Source: Anaeramoeba ignava BMAN (taxonomy: Eukaryota; Protista; Anaeramoebae). From it: 64,000 bases of DNA. The stretch is taken from positions 1,063,285-1,127,284 of the forward strand of contig JAPDFW010000092.1 of assembly GCA_028826165.1 (NCBI GenBank), given 5' to 3'. The position numbers and the translations under genes were made by a program. Under the pieces are notes generated by a model, which made no database searches, was not told where the DNA came from, and saw nothing but the letters and a program-made list of their open reading frames with translations. Positions 1-13,285 of this stretch are shown in pieces. Each line of letters opens with the position of its first letter. Position 1 is the first letter of the stretch.

Positions 1-2
1 CA

Positions 3-776
3 ATTCAAATTCAACTTCCTAAATTAAGATTTAATGAAGAAATTTCTAATTATCATGTTTATTGTGGATTTTACAAATCATTTCTTTATTATTCTCCTTC
101 TTCTTTTTCCAATCTTGAAGAAGATTTGATAAAATTATTTGAAAGAAAAGAATTTTGTGATATTTCATTTAAAACAGAAAATGGAGAAATAATTGAAGCT
201 CATAAATTAATATTGAAATACAGATTAAAAAATCAAAATCAAATTGAAAAACTTAAAGAAATTATTTCAAAAAAATCAATTAAAGAATCAAATCAAATAT
301 TTGAAATGATTTATTCAAATAATTCCAAAATAAATCCAAAATTATATTCAGAAATTAAAGAAATTATAAATTCAAATGAAAAAATTGAAGAAACAATGAA
401 AAGAATTTATTTAAATGAAAATGAAAAAGATTTTATAATTGAAAGAAAAGAAAAACAATATAAATTCCCTAAATTAATATTAATAATGAGAAGTGAATTA
501 TATCGAGGAATGTTTTTATCTGTTACAAATGATACTTCTAATAAAGTTAGAGATTATAGTGAATTAAGTAATAAATCATTTCAAATATTTGAATATTGGA
601 TTTATTCAAATCAAATTAAAAATGAAATTGAAATTACACAAGAAATCATTGATGAAATAGAAAGAGGAATTGATTATTTTCAATTAAATCAAACAAATCC
701 AAATTTATTTGATTTATTAATTAACAAATTTAATAATCAAAATCAAACTTCTAAAAAAAATTGTTTCATTTTTTGA
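3..776 (+). CDS. BTB/POZ domain protein, 5'-partial (two BTB-like domains)
   Basis: Frame is open from base 3 (IQIQLPKLRF...). BTB-type motifs FCDISFK..IEAHKLIL and DFIIE..KFPKLILIMRSELYRGMF..FEYWIYSN. Confidence 0.75.
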   Translation: MQIQLPKLRFNEEISNYHVYCGFYKSFLYYSPSSFSNLEEDLIKLFERKEFCDISFKTENGEIIEAHKLILKYRLKNQNQIEKLKEIISKKSIKESNQIFEMIYSNNSKINPKLYSEIKEIINSNEKIEETMKRIYLNENEKDFIIERKEKQYKFPKLILIMRSELYRGMFLSVTNDTSNKVRDYSELSNKSFQIFEYWIYSNQIKNEIEITQEIIDEIERGIDYFQLNQTNPNLFDLLINKFNNQNQTSKKNCFIF

Positions 777-794
777 CTAAAATTAAAATTAAAA

Positions 795-1600
795 TTTAAT
801 TTAATATTTAATTTAATATTTAATTTTATTATTAAAATAATAATTTAATGTTTTAGATTTAAATATTTTATTATTTAAATATTTAACATATAAATATAAA
901 AAATAAGAATAGATTTAATTTAATATTTAATTTATAAATTAATTTAAAAATATAATTTAATATTTAATTTTATTATTAAAATAATAATTTAATGTTTTAG
1001 ATTTAAATATTTTTATTATTTTAAATATTTAACATATAAATATAAAAATAAGAATAAGTTTAATTTAATATTTAATTTATAAATTAATTTAAAAATATAA
1101 TTTAATACTTAATTTTATTATTAAAATAATAATTTATTGTTTTAGATTTAAATATTTTATTATTTAAATATTTAACATAAAAATATAAAAATGGGAATAG
1201 ATTTAATTTAATATTTAATTTATAAATTAATTTAAAAATATAATTTAATAATTTAATTTTATTATTGAAATAATAATTCAATGTTTTAGATTTAAATATT
1301 TTATTATTTAATTATTTAACATAAAAATATAAAAATAAGAATAAGTTTAATTTAATATTTAATTTATAAATTAATTTAAAAATATAGTTTAATACTTAAT
1401 TCCATTATTGAAATAATAATTTAATGTTTTAATTTTAAATATTTTATTATTTAAATATTTAACATATAAATATAAAAAATAAGAATAGATTTAATTTAAT
1501 ATTTAATTTATAAATTAATTTGAAAATATAATTTAATACTTAATTTTATGTTTAAAATAATAATTTATTGTTTTAGATTTAAATATTTTATTATTTAAAA
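795..1600. repeat. AT-rich tandem satellite, ~144-bp unit, ~5.5 copies
   Basis: Marker GTTTTAGATTTAAATATTT (or a close variant) recurs at ~850, 994, 1139, 1283, 1426, 1570. Confidence 0.85.
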
Positions 1601-2006
1601 ATATTTTGAAAATTGATTTTTGAAATTAAAATTTTATCTTTTTTTTTTGAATTAAATTGAATTAATATTAATTTGGAAATTTGTTTTTAAAATTTAAATT
1701 TATTAATAATTTTTAAATTCCAAAAAAAAAAAATTAAAAATTAAATTAAAATAATTTTCCTTTTTTTTTTAATAATAAAAATTAATAAAAAATAATAATA
1801 ATTTATTAATAAATTAATTTAAAATAATAAATTAAAAAGAAAATTAAATTAATTATTAATTTAAATTTATTCTTATTTTTTATATTTTTATTTATTTTCA
1901 AAATCCACTTTTTTTATTTAAATTTTTTTATTTAAATTTTTTTTTTCATTTTTTTCCTTTTTTTTTAAAAAAAACACAAACACAAACAAAAAACACAAAA
2001 AACAAA

Positions 2007-3656
2007 ATGGATAATAATGATAATAACCAAAATGAAAATGCAAATCAAAATGAAAATGAAAATGAAATGAAAAATTTAGAAAAAAAAGTAACAAAAAATT
2101 TAATTAAAGATTATTCAAACCTTTTAAATGGAAATTCATTTAAAGATTTTTCAATTTTTGTTGAGAATAAATCAAATCCTTTTGAAATTAAAGTTCATAA
2201 ATCAATTTTTTATCTTCAAGATCTCCTTTTTAATGAGTCATTAAGGCAAAGAATCTCTTTCTATTTCTTTAAATCAATTTAATAAAAAGAAATGGAATCA
2301 ATTTTTGAGTTATATTTATTATGGAAATATTTCTTTTGAGAATCAAGAAAATCTTATTCAATTATTAGAAATTTCAATTTATTTTTAAATTAAATTTATT
2401 GAAAGAAATTATTCAAAAAAAATTTTAAATTCAATTAATTATTCAAATTTTTCCAATTTTTATTCCAAAATCGAAATTTAAATTCAAATGAAATTGAAAT
2501 AAAATGTTTTGAATTAATAAATCAAAATTTTTCCCAAATTCAAAATAATGAAAATTTATTCAATTTAACTAAAGAAGAAATTATCAAATTTATTCAATTT
2601 AAACAAGAAAAAAAAGAAATTTTTCAATTTGATTTTTTTCAATTTTTAAATAATTGGATTGAAAAAAGAAATGAAAGATTAAAAGGAAAGAAAGAAAAAG
2701 AAAAAGAAAAAGAAAAGGGAATTGAAAAGAAAAGATTATTTCATTCTTTTTTTTCATTATTTGATAAAAATTCAATTTCAAAACAAGATTTTGATAAATT
2801 AAAACAATTTGATTTTTTTCCTAAATCTTTTTTAGTTGATATTCAAAACAAAGTTATTCAAGATAATCAAAAAGAAATTGAAAACAAAGAAAAGGAGATT
2901 GAAGAGAAATGGAAGAAAGAGAATCAAGATTTGAAAACAGAAATTGAAAAGAATCAAAAAGAAATTGAAGAGAAATGGAAGAAAGAAGTTGAGGATAAAA
3001 ACAAAGAAATTGAAGAGAAATGGAAGAAAGAGGTTGAGAAAATGAAACCTGTTTTTGATCAATATCAAATGGAGATTGAATTAAAAAAGAATTTTCCTCA
3101 ATTTTCAGATTCAGAAATTGTTAAAGATATTGAATATGTTAAGAAATTACAAGAATGGATAAATGATAATGATTTTTTTTCTAAAATGAAAAAAGGATTT
3201 TCAGCAAAAAGAGATGGATTTTCTTGTCAAAATTGGCATAAAGCAGTTGATGGGAAAGGAAAAACATTAGTTATTATCAAAACAAAACATAATTTTATTT
3301 TTGGTGGTTTTACTCAAGTTGGATTTAAATATTCAAAAGGTGGAGAATTGAGTAATGATTCAAATGCATTTATTTTTTCATTAAGAAATGATAAAGGGGA
3401 TAGAATACCTGCAAAGTTTACTTGTAAAGAACCTCAATATGCAATTTATTCTCGCTTTAACGATCGTGGTCCAATGTTTGGTAATTTTGAACCTGATTTT
3501 TATTTAAATTCTAGTTTACAACCTGGTTATTCAAATTTTGGTTCTAGTTATAATCCACCTAATGGAATTACTTATGGAACAACTGAAGCTCAAAGTTATT
3601 TAGCTGGTTCTAAGAATAAATGGGTTGTTGATGAAGTTGAAACTTATTTCATTTAA
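2007..3656 (+). pseudogene. BTB-BACK-coiled coil-TLDc protein, frameshifted at ~2200-2460 (pseudogene or assembly indels)
   Basis: N-terminal BTB (FKDFSIFV..EIKVHKSI). Frame is open from ~2460 through a BACK-like region and EIEEKWKKE repeats into a TLDc domain (RDGFS..WHKAVDGKGKTLVIIKT..IFGGFT..AFIFSL..GPMFG..VDEVETY). Several breaks near homopolymer runs. Confidence 0.7.
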
Positions 3657-4129
3657 AAATTAATTAATAATAAGAAAATCAAACTTTTTTTTTTTAATTT
3701 TTTTTTTCAAAATTTAATTCAATTTTAATTTACTTTTAATCAAATTAATTTCTTTAAAATAATAAATAAGAAACAAATTTAATTTTAAATAATTTAATTT
3801 TAATTTAAAATATTTATTAAAAATTTAATTAATAAAAAATAATCCAAAAAAAAAAATAATAAATTTTAAAAATTGAATATTTTTAATATAATAAATAAAA
3901 ATAAAAATTGAAAATAGAAATTAATAATAATTAAATTTAAATTCATTAATTAAAATATTAAAATAAAAAAAATCAAATAAAATTTATTATTTATTAATAT
4001 TTAGATATTAATAAATTATAATCAAAATCAAAAATAGAATAATTAGTAAATTATTTTTTTTAGAAAGTTTATCTTATTCAATCATGTTAAATTCAATTTA
4101 TTTAAAATTTTTTAATTTTTTTAATTTTA

Positions 4130-4640
4130 TTTTTAATATATTTTATTATAATTAAAATTGGAATAATAAATAATTAAAAATATTAATATAATAAATAAAA
4201 ATATTATATCAAATTAAAATAAAATCAATCTAAATTAAATTATTATTAAATATTATTAAAATTAAATATATATTTTTATTAAAATATTTATTCCAATTTT
4301 TTTAATATATTTTATTATAATTAAAATTGAAATAATAAATAATTAAAAAATTATTAATATAATAAATAAAAATATTATTTCAGATTAAAATAAAATAAAT
4401 CTAAATTAAATTATTGTTAAATATTATTAAAATTAAATATTTATCTTTATTAAAATATTTCAATTTTCTTTTCAATTTTATTATAATTAAAATTAGAATA
4501 ATAAATAATCAAAAATATTTAATATAATAAATAAAAATATTATATCAAATTAAAATAAAATAAATCTAAATTAAATTATTGTTAAATATTATTAAAATTA
4601 AATATATATTTTTTATTAAAAATATTTCAATTTTCTTCTC
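4130..4640. repeat. AT-rich tandem repeat, ~165-171-bp unit, 3 copies
   Basis: Marker AATCTAAATTAAATTATT at ~4230, 4401, 4566. Confidence 0.75.
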
Positions 4641-5352
4641 AATTTTATTAAATTATTGGGAATAATTTTTATATTGTTTTAACTAAAGAAATGTTAATAA
4701 AATATATAAAATAGAATTAATTTTAAGTTTAATTATTTAATATTCTTTATTCCATTTTTGAAATAAATTAATTAAAATATTTTATTAATTTTATTAAATT
4801 ATTTAGAATAATTTTATATTATTTTAAATAAAGAAATATTAATAAAATATATAAAATAAAATTAATTTTAAATTTAATTATTTAATATTCTTTATTCCAT
4901 TTTTGAAATAAATTAATTAAAATATTTTATTAATTTTATTAATTATTGGGAATAATTTTATATTATTTTTAAATAAAGAAATATTAATAAAATATATAAA
5001 ATATAATTAATTTTAAATTTAATTATTTAATATTCCTTATTCCATTTTTGAAATAAATTAATTAAAATATTTTATTAATTTTATTAAATTATTGGGAATA
5101 ATTTTAGATTAATTTAAATAAAGAAATATTGATTAAATATATAAAATAAAATTAATTTTTAAATTTAATTATTTAATATTCTTTATTTCATTTTTGAAAT
5201 AAATTAATTAAAATATTTTATTAATTTTATTAAATTATTGGGAATAATTTTATATTATTTTAAATAAAGAAATATTAATAAAATATATAAAATATAATTA
5301 ATTTTAAATTTAATTATTTAATATTCTTTATTCTATTTTTGAAATAAATTAA
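4640..5352. repeat. AT-rich tandem satellite, ~145-bp unit, ~5 copies
   Basis: Marker TTCCATTTTTGAAATAAATTAAT (or a variant) at ~4752, 4897, 5042, 5188, 5333. Confidence 0.85.
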
Positions 5353-5676
5353 TGAAAAGATTTTATAATTGAAAGAAAAGAAAAACAATATAAATTTCCA
5401 AAATTAATATTAATAATGAGAAGTGAATTATATCGAGGAATGTTTTTATCTGTAACAGAAGATACTTCTAATAAAGTTAGAGATTATAGTGAATTAAGTA
5501 ATAAATCATTTCAAATATTTGAATATTGGATTTATTCAAATCAAATTAAAGATGGAATTCAAATTACAAAAGAAATCATTAATGAAATTGAAACTGGAAT
5601 TGATTATTTTCAATTAAATCAAACAAATCCAAATTTATTTGATTTATTAATTAATAAATTTAATAATCAAAATTAA
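5351..5676 (+). pseudogene. Orphan 3' fragment of a BTB protein gene (paralog of 3..776)
   Basis: Near-identical to ~420-745 (KDFIIERKEKQYKFPKLILIMRSELYRGMFLSV...). Starts abruptly at the end of the satellite, with no 5' part. Confidence 0.75.
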
Positions 5677-5978
5677 AATTAAAATTAAAATTAAAATTAA
5701 AATCAAAATTAAAATTAAAATTAAAATTAAAATTTAAATCAAAATTAAAATTAAAATTAAAATTTAAATCAAAATCAAAATTAAAATTTAAATTAAAATT
5801 AAAAATTTTTTTTCTTTGTTGGAATTTTTGAATCTTTATTTTTGAAAAAGAAAAGCAAAAAGAAGAAAAATTCTGATCAAAACAGAAAAACTTTTTTTTT
5901 TTTAATTGAAAAATAAATTTTTTTCATTTCTCATTTTTTTCATTTTTTTAATCAAAAAATTCAAAACAGAAATAAAAA

Positions 5979-8900
5979 ATGAAAATTATTGAAAGAATAA
6001 AAAAACAAGAAGAAAAAAACAAAAAGCAAAAGAAATTTGAAGCATTTTTTTCATTTGAATTTTTTCCACCAAAAACAATAACAAGAATTGAAACATTATA
6101 TGAGAAAATAGAAAGATTAATAGAATTATATCCACTTTATATAGACATAACATGGGGAGCAGGAGGTTCAACAAGTGAAAAAACATTAGAAATTGCAACC
6201 AAAACACAAAAGTTTCTTGGAATTGAATCAATGATACATTTAACTTGTTCAAATATGACAAAAGAAAAAATTGATAAAACTCTTTCTCAAGCAAAACAAA
6301 ATGGAATTCAAAATATTTTAGCTTTAAGAGGAGGTTCTTTTTAAATCAAAATCAAAATGAAAATGAAAATTTTTTTTTCAATTAAATTTTCTTTTTGCTT
6401 TTTTTTTTTATAGATCCTCCTCAAGGTTATAAAGAATTTAAAGCAGTTGATTCAAGTTTTCAGCATGCGATTGATTTAGTTAAATATATTAGATCTTCTT
6501 ATGGAGATTATTTTGGTATTGCTGTTGGTGGTTATCCTGAAGGTCATTCAGAAGCCAAAAGGTATTTTCCAATTACAAATTATAAATTACAAATTTAAAT
6601 CAAATATTTAAATCATAAATCAAATATTTAAATCAAATATTTAAATCATAAATCAATTATTTTAATCAAATATTTAAATCAATTATTTAAATCAAATATT
6701 TAAATCAATTATTTAAATCATAAATCAATTATTTAAATCAAATATTTAAATCAATTATTTAAATTAAAATATTTAAATCAAATATTTAAATCAAATATTT
6801 AAATCAAATATTTAAATTAAATATTAAAATCAAATATTTAAATCATAAATCAATTATTTTAATCAATTATTAAAATCAAATATTTAAATCAATTATTTTA
6901 ATCAAATATTTAAATCAATTATTTTAATCAAATATTTAAATCAATTATTTAAATCAAATATTTAAATCATATATTTAAATCATAAATCAATTATTTAAAT
7001 TAAATATTTAAATCATAAATCAAATATTTAAATCATAAATCAAATATTTAAAATCAATTATTTAAATCAAATATATTAAAATCAAATATTTAAAATCAAA
7101 TATTAAAATAGTTATGAAGAAGATTTACAACATTTAAAAGAAAAAGTTGATGCAGGTGGAGATTTTATTATAACTCAAATGTTTTTTGATACAAATATTT
7201 TTTTAAAATTTGTTCAAGATTGTAGAAATATTGGTAAATTGAAACAATTTAAAATTAAAAATTAATTCGAAAATTATTTTATAAATTTAAACAAAATTTA
7301 AAAGGAATAACTTGTCCAATAATTCCAGGAATTATGATTGTAGCTGATTATGCTGGATTTAAAAAAATGACAGATTTTACTAAAATGAGTGTTCAAAAAG
7401 AAATTATGAATAAACTTGAAAAAATAAAAGATGATAAAGTTGCAATAACAAATTTTGGAGTTGAATTTGCAATTGATATGTGTAAAAAATTAATTAATGC
7501 AAAAGTTCCTGGACTTCATTTTTATACTTTGAATAGAGATAATGTTACAAAAATTCTTGAAGGATTAGGACTTATTCAAAATTGTAGAAGTAGAAGAGAA
7601 TATCCTTGGAGAAAAGTATCTATTCGCAAATTAATATTAAATCAATTATTTAATCAAATATTTTAATCAATTATTAAAATCAATTATTTAAATCAATTAT
7701 TTAAATTAAATATTAAAATCAAATATTAAAATCAATTATTAAATCAAATATTTAAATCAAATATTTAAATTAAATATTTAAATCAAAATATTTAAATTAA
7801 ATATTTAAATCTATTATTTAAATCAAAAATCAAATATTAAAATCAAAATTTATTTAAATATTATTTAAATTAAATATTTAAATCAATTATTTAAATTAAA
7901 TATTTAAATCAATTATTTAAATTAAATATTTAAATCAAATATTTAAATCAAAATATTTAAATCAAAATATTTAAATCAAATATTTAAATCAATTATTTAA
8001 ATTAAATATTTAAATCAATTATTTAAATCAAATATTAAAATCAAATATTAAAATCAAATATTAAAAATTAAATATTTAAATCAAAAATATTTAAATCAAA
8101 TATTTAAATCAAATATTTTAAATCATAAATCAAATATTTAAATCAATTTTTAAATTAAATATTTAAATTAAATATTAAAATCAAATATTAAATTAAATAT
8201 TTAAATCAATATTTAAATCAAATATTAAATCAAATATTAAAAATCAATTATTTAAATCAAATATTTAAATTAAATATTTAAATCAATTATTAAATCAATT
8301 ATTAAATCAATATTTAAATCAATTATTAAATCAAATATTTAAATCAAATATTAAAATCGAATATTAAAAATCAAATATTTAATTTAAATCAAATATTAAA
8401 TCAATTATTAAAATTAAATATTTAAATCAAATATTTAAATCAAATATTTAAATTAAATATTTAAAATCAATTATTTAAATCAATTATTTAAATCAATTAT
8501 TTAAATTAAATATTTAAAATCAAATATTAAAATCAATTATTAAAATCAAATATTTAATTTAAATATTAAAATCAATTATTAAAATCAATTATTAAAATCA
8601 AAATTAAATTTAAATATTAAAATCAATTATTTAAATCAAAAATTATATTTAAATCAAAATTATATTTAAATCAAATATTTAAATCAAATATTTAAATCTA
8701 TTATTTAAATTAAATATCTAAATCAATTATTTAAATTAAATATTTAAATTAAATATTAAAATCAAATATTAAATTAAATATTTAAATCAATATTTAAATC
8801 AAATATTAAAATCAAAATTATATTTAAATCAAATATTTAAATCAAATATTTAAATCAAATATTTAAATTAAATATTTAAATCTAATATTAAATCAAATAT

Positions 8901-9879
8901 TTAAATCAAATATTAAAATCAAATATTAAAATCAATTATTAAAATCAAATATTTAAAATTTAAAATTAAGTCTGCTCATCCAAAACGTAAAGATGAAAAT
9001 GTTAGACCAATTTTCTGGAAAAATAATAGTCAAGGATACATACATTTAACAGATGATTGGGAATACTTTCCAAAACATTTTTGGAATTCAAAAGTGCAAA
9101 AACAAAAATACAAAGAAATAACAGAAGATTATTTGAAAAAATTTTATGGAATAGAAAAAGATGAAAAAGATTTACCAGAAAACATCAATTCAACAGAAGA
9201 TATCACAAAATTCTTTATTGATTATTATGAAGGAAAAAAGGATTTTTTACCTTGGAATTTAAAACCATTAGGAATTGGAAATTTAATCATTCAAGAAAAT
9301 TTACTGCATTTATCAAAATTGGGATTGTTTGTGATTAATAGTCAACCAAGAATAAATGAAGCATTATCAACAGATGATGCAGTTGGATTTGGTGGATTTG
9401 GCGGATTCATTTATCAAAAAAGATATATTGAGTTTTTTATTTCGTTGGAAAAATTGAATATATTATTCAAATATATGGATCAATTCCCAAATATTACTTA
9501 TCATGCAGTTAATCATAATGGAACTAAGATTTTCACAAATGATCCTGATAAACAAACCACCACTGTTTGTTGGGGTGCTTTTGGTTGCGGTGAAATCCAA
9601 CAACCTCTTATTGTTGATCCTATTTGTTTTGAAACTATTTGGAAAAATGAAGCTTTTGGAATTTGGACTAATGTTTTTGGTCAATATTACAAAAAAGATT
9701 CTACTTCTTTTAAGATTCTTCAAGATATTCATGATAATTATTTCTTGATGAATATTATTGACCATGATTTTGTTACTCCATCTCAAGTAGGAAGAAGTGT
9801 TTGGCAATTATTTCTGATTTTGGAAAACCATCTTTCTAATCAAAATCAAAATCAAAATCAAAATCAAAATCAAAATTAA
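5979..9879 (+). CDS. MTHFR: Methylenetetrahydrofolate reductase (catalytic + C-terminal regulatory domain); exons 5979-6333, 6414-6561, 7112-7233, 7305-7615, 8971-9879
   Basis: Motifs [92 protein letters not shown]. Four GT-AG introns restore the frame. Confidence 0.95.
6590..7110. repeat. Intronic minisatellite, ~13-bp AAATCAAATATTT/AAATCAATTATTT
   Basis: Fills MTHFR intron 2. Confidence 0.85.
7640..8960. repeat. Intronic minisatellite, same ~13-bp unit
   Basis: Fills MTHFR intron 4 (7616-8970). Confidence 0.85.
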
Positions 9880-9999
9880 AATTAAAATCAAAATTAAAAT
9901 TAAAATTAAATTCAAATTCAAAAATCAAAATCAAAATCAAAATTAAAATTAAAATCAAAATTAAAATCAAAATCAAAATCAAAAATTAAAAATTTTTTA

Positions 10000-11180
10000 T
10001 TAATGAACTGAAATATTTTGAATAGAAAGATTAATTGTTGTTAAATCTGGATTTTTTGAATAATCAATCTGAAGAATAGCTGCAGAAATTTCACCAGTTT
10101 TTTGAGAGAAAAAAATATCAAAATCTGTTCCAAGATTTGGAATTTTTTGTTGAATCTGTTCAATAAAAATTGGAATTGTAAATTGAGAATAAACTTCAAA
10201 TTGATTTTTTGGATCTCCTCCTTCATGAGTTTTGGTAAGTGAATAAAGTGAGTCTTTGCAAGAAGCTTGATTTTTAAAAATTGATGCAGGTAAATTTAAT
10301 TTGGAGATATTTGGATCAGAAGAAGGAATTAAGAAGAAATTTAAACTTTTATTTCCAACAGAAAAATATTCATTGAAAAACCAATAATTTTTTGAAATAT
10401 TTTGAAATTGTTGATGATGATCTGAAATATTTGTGATCGATAAATTTGCAGAATATTGATTTGGAAGCGATTTTGAGTAATCGAACTGAGTTAATTGGAA
10501 TTGAAATGATTGATTTCCTTTTTGGATTGAGATATTTACAAATTCAGTTAGAGTTGGATTACTGAATGAATAAGAATCAAAACGAGAATTATAATCATAT
10601 TGTAAACAATGTTTTCCGTATCCTCTTGGTGAATCTAGACAGCAAAGAACATATTTTTCATCTCCGTTTTCTGTAGGCGGTTGATTTGAAATTTCAGAAC
10701 ATGATCCAATATCAAAAGATAACGGACATGATTCATCATATTCAAAATTCTCATAAACATTGAAAAATGTTTGAGAAAAACTTAAAGGCCAAAAAACTAA
10801 TGATGGAATTCTTTGTATTGTTATTAATATTGATTCATCTAGAAAATATTCTTGTGATTCTGATTCAAATGATTCAAATTTTTCAAAAAAGAATAAATGA
10901 TCACAATCTTGAGTTATTTCAACATTCAATTCTGTTAAACAACTAAAAAATTTTTATATCAAATCAATTAAATTTTAATTTAATTTTAATTCAATTTAGA
11001 TTTAAATTTAGATTTAGATTTTTTTAGATCAATTTGATCTCATTTTTTTTTTTACATTTCATTTCCATTAATTTCTTCACAAATTGGTTTTTTCCAAGAT
11101 TCCAAATTACATAAAGAAAAAAGAGGAAAATGAAAAAAAATTAATATTAAATTGAAACAATTCAAAATGGAAAAAATCAT
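10000..11180 (-). CDS. Secreted HAP2/GCS1 (fusexin)-like protein, domains I+II only, ~355 aa; exons 11180-11056 and 10942-10000
   Basis: ATG at 11180 gives a signal-peptide-like MIFSILNCFNLILIFFHFPLFSLC. A GT-AG intron (11055-10943) joins it in frame to the 10000-10929 ORF. Ordered motifs ICEEINGNEICLTELNVEI, ILITIQRIPSLVFWPLSF, VLCC, KHCLQY, SKLNLPASIFKNQASC parallel the HAP2 ectodomain motifs. Manual alignment only. Confidence 0.6.
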
Positions 11181-11408
11181 GAAATAAAAAATGATTAAAA
11201 AAAAAATGGAAAATTTTTCTTCCCAAAATAATAATGAATATTTAAATTTAATTTAATTTAAATTTAATTTGATTTTAATTTGATTTTAATTTGATTTGAA
11301 TTTAAATTGAGTAAAATTTAAATTGAGTAAAATTTGATAAAAAAAAATTCTCAATTCTCAATTTTCATTTTTCATTTTTCATTTTATTCGAATTAAGAAC
11401 AAAAAAAA

Positions 11409-12533
11409 ATGTATGACGAATATTCACCGGAAGCAATTATAATGGATAACGGAAGCTTTGAAATACGAACAGGATTTGCAGGAGATGATGCCCCTAAAGT
11501 AATCACACGAAATATTGTGGGAAATCTAATAAACGAAACAAACTTAAATGATATTAACAAAACAGAATACATTGGAAATGAAACTCAATCAAAAAGAGAA
11601 ATATTAAATTTAACTTATCCAATTCAAAGAGGAATTATTCAAGATTGGGATAATATGGAGAAAATTTGGAATTACATTTTTACTTCTCAATTAAAAGTTG
11701 ATCCAAAAAATCATCCATTTATGATGAATGATATTCCATTTAGCTCAAAATCTTCAAAAGAAAAAATATGTCAAATTATGTTTGAAACATTTGATTTTCC
11801 ATCATTTTATATGAAAAATTCAACAAATTTAGCGTTATATTCATCAGGAAGAGTAACAGGAATAGTTTTTGATATTGGACATGGAATTACAAGTCTTGAA
11901 CCGATTTATGAAGGACATGAAATTACACAAGGATTTGACAAATATAATATTTCAGGAATTGACGTAACTGATTATTTAATCAAATTAGTTGAAAATCAAG
12001 GATATTCATTTAAAACAAGCAATGAAATTGAAATTGCAAGAGAAATCAAAGAAAAATTATGTTTTTGTTCACTAAATTATGAAGAAGAATTAAAAGGAAA
12101 TCAAAATGAACTAGAAAAAGAATATGAATTAAAAAATGGAGATATTATCACAATTTCAGAAGAAAGAATGAAATGTTGTGAATGTTTATTTAATCCAAAA
12201 TTAATTGGAGTTGATCTAGAAGGAATTCATAAATTGATTTATAATTCAATTATGGAATGTGATATTGATCTCAGAAAAGATCTTTTTGAAAATATTGTTT
12301 TATCAGGAGGAACAACATTAATTCCAAATTTTAATGAAAGACTTAAAAAAGAAATTGAGTTGTTAGCTCCTAAACAAACAAAAATTCATATTGTTTCAGT
12401 TCCTGAACGTAAATTTTTAACTTGGATTGGTGGATCTATTTTAGGATCATTAACTGCTTATAAAAATATGTGGATTCCCAAAGAAGACTATGAAGAATAT
12501 GGACCAAGTATTGTTGATCGGAGATTCTATTAA
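11409..12533 (+). CDS. Divergent actin / actin-related protein, intronless, 374 aa
   Basis: [67 protein letters not shown]. Confidence 0.92.
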   Translation: MYDEYSPEAIIMDNGSFEIRTGFAGDDAPKVITRNIVGNLINETNLNDINKTEYIGNETQSKREILNLTYPIQRGIIQDWDNMEKIWNYIFTSQLKVDPKNHPFMMNDIPFSSKSSKEKICQIMFETFDFPSFYMKNSTNLALYSSGRVTGIVFDIGHGITSLEPIYEGHEITQGFDKYNISGIDVTDYLIKLVENQGYSFKTSNEIEIAREIKEKLCFCSLNYEEELKGNQNELEKEYELKNGDIITISEERMKCCECLFNPKLIGVDLEGIHKLIYNSIMECDIDLRKDLFENIVLSGGTTLIPNFNERLKKEIELLAPKQTKIHIVSVPERKFLTWIGGSILGSLTAYKNMWIPKEDYEEYGPSIVDRRFY

Positions 12534-12599
12534 ATTCATTTTCATTTTCATTTTCATTTTCATTTTTTAAATCAAAATTAATATAAATCCACTTCAATT

Positions 12600-13285
12600 T
12601 TATTTTAGATCTATTTGAGATTTATTTTTAAATTTTGATTTAAATTTATTTTTAGATTTGTTCCAATTATTATTTATTTTAGATTTTATTTGAGATTTGT
12701 TTTAGATTTATTTTAAATTTTATTTTAAATTTTAATTTTGGATTTGTTCCAATTATTATTGATTTTAGATTTATTTGAGATTTTATTTTAAATTTGATTT
12801 TTGGATTTGTTCCAATTATTATTTATTTTGAATTTATTTGAGATTTTATTTTAAATTTGATTTTTGGATTTGTTCCAATTATTATTTATTTTAAATTTAT
12901 TTGAGATTTATTTTTAAATTTTATTTTTAGATTTGTTCCAATTATTATTTATTTTAGATTTATTTTAAATTTTGATTTAAATTTGATTTTTAGATTTGTT
13001 CTAATTATTATTTATTTTAAATTTATTTGAGATTAATTTTAAATTTGATTTTTGGATTTGTTCCAATTATTATTTATTTTAGATTTATTTGAGATTTGAT
13101 TTTAAATTTGATTTTTAGATTTGTTCCAATTATTATTTATTTTAGATTTATTTGAGATTTGATTTTGGATTTGATTTTTGGATTTGATTTTAGATTTGTT
13201 CCAATTATTATTGATTTTAGATTTATTTGAGATTTTATTTTAAATTTTAATTTTGGATTTGTTCCAATTATTATTGATTTTAGAT
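12600..13285. repeat. Tandem repeat, ~63-bp unit containing GATTTGTTCCAATTATTA
   Basis: Motif recurs about ten times downstream of the actin gene. Confidence 0.8.

Noticed and set aside
7616-7625. GTATCT donor as a U12-type intron
   Set aside because: It does not match the RTATCCTT consensus, and no U12 branch site (TCCTTAAC) is visible near the acceptor.
12600-13285. Regularly spaced GATTTGTTCCAATTATTA motif as a CRISPR-like array
   Set aside because: The intervening sequences are themselves repeats rather than unique spacers, there are no cas genes, and the context is eukaryotic.
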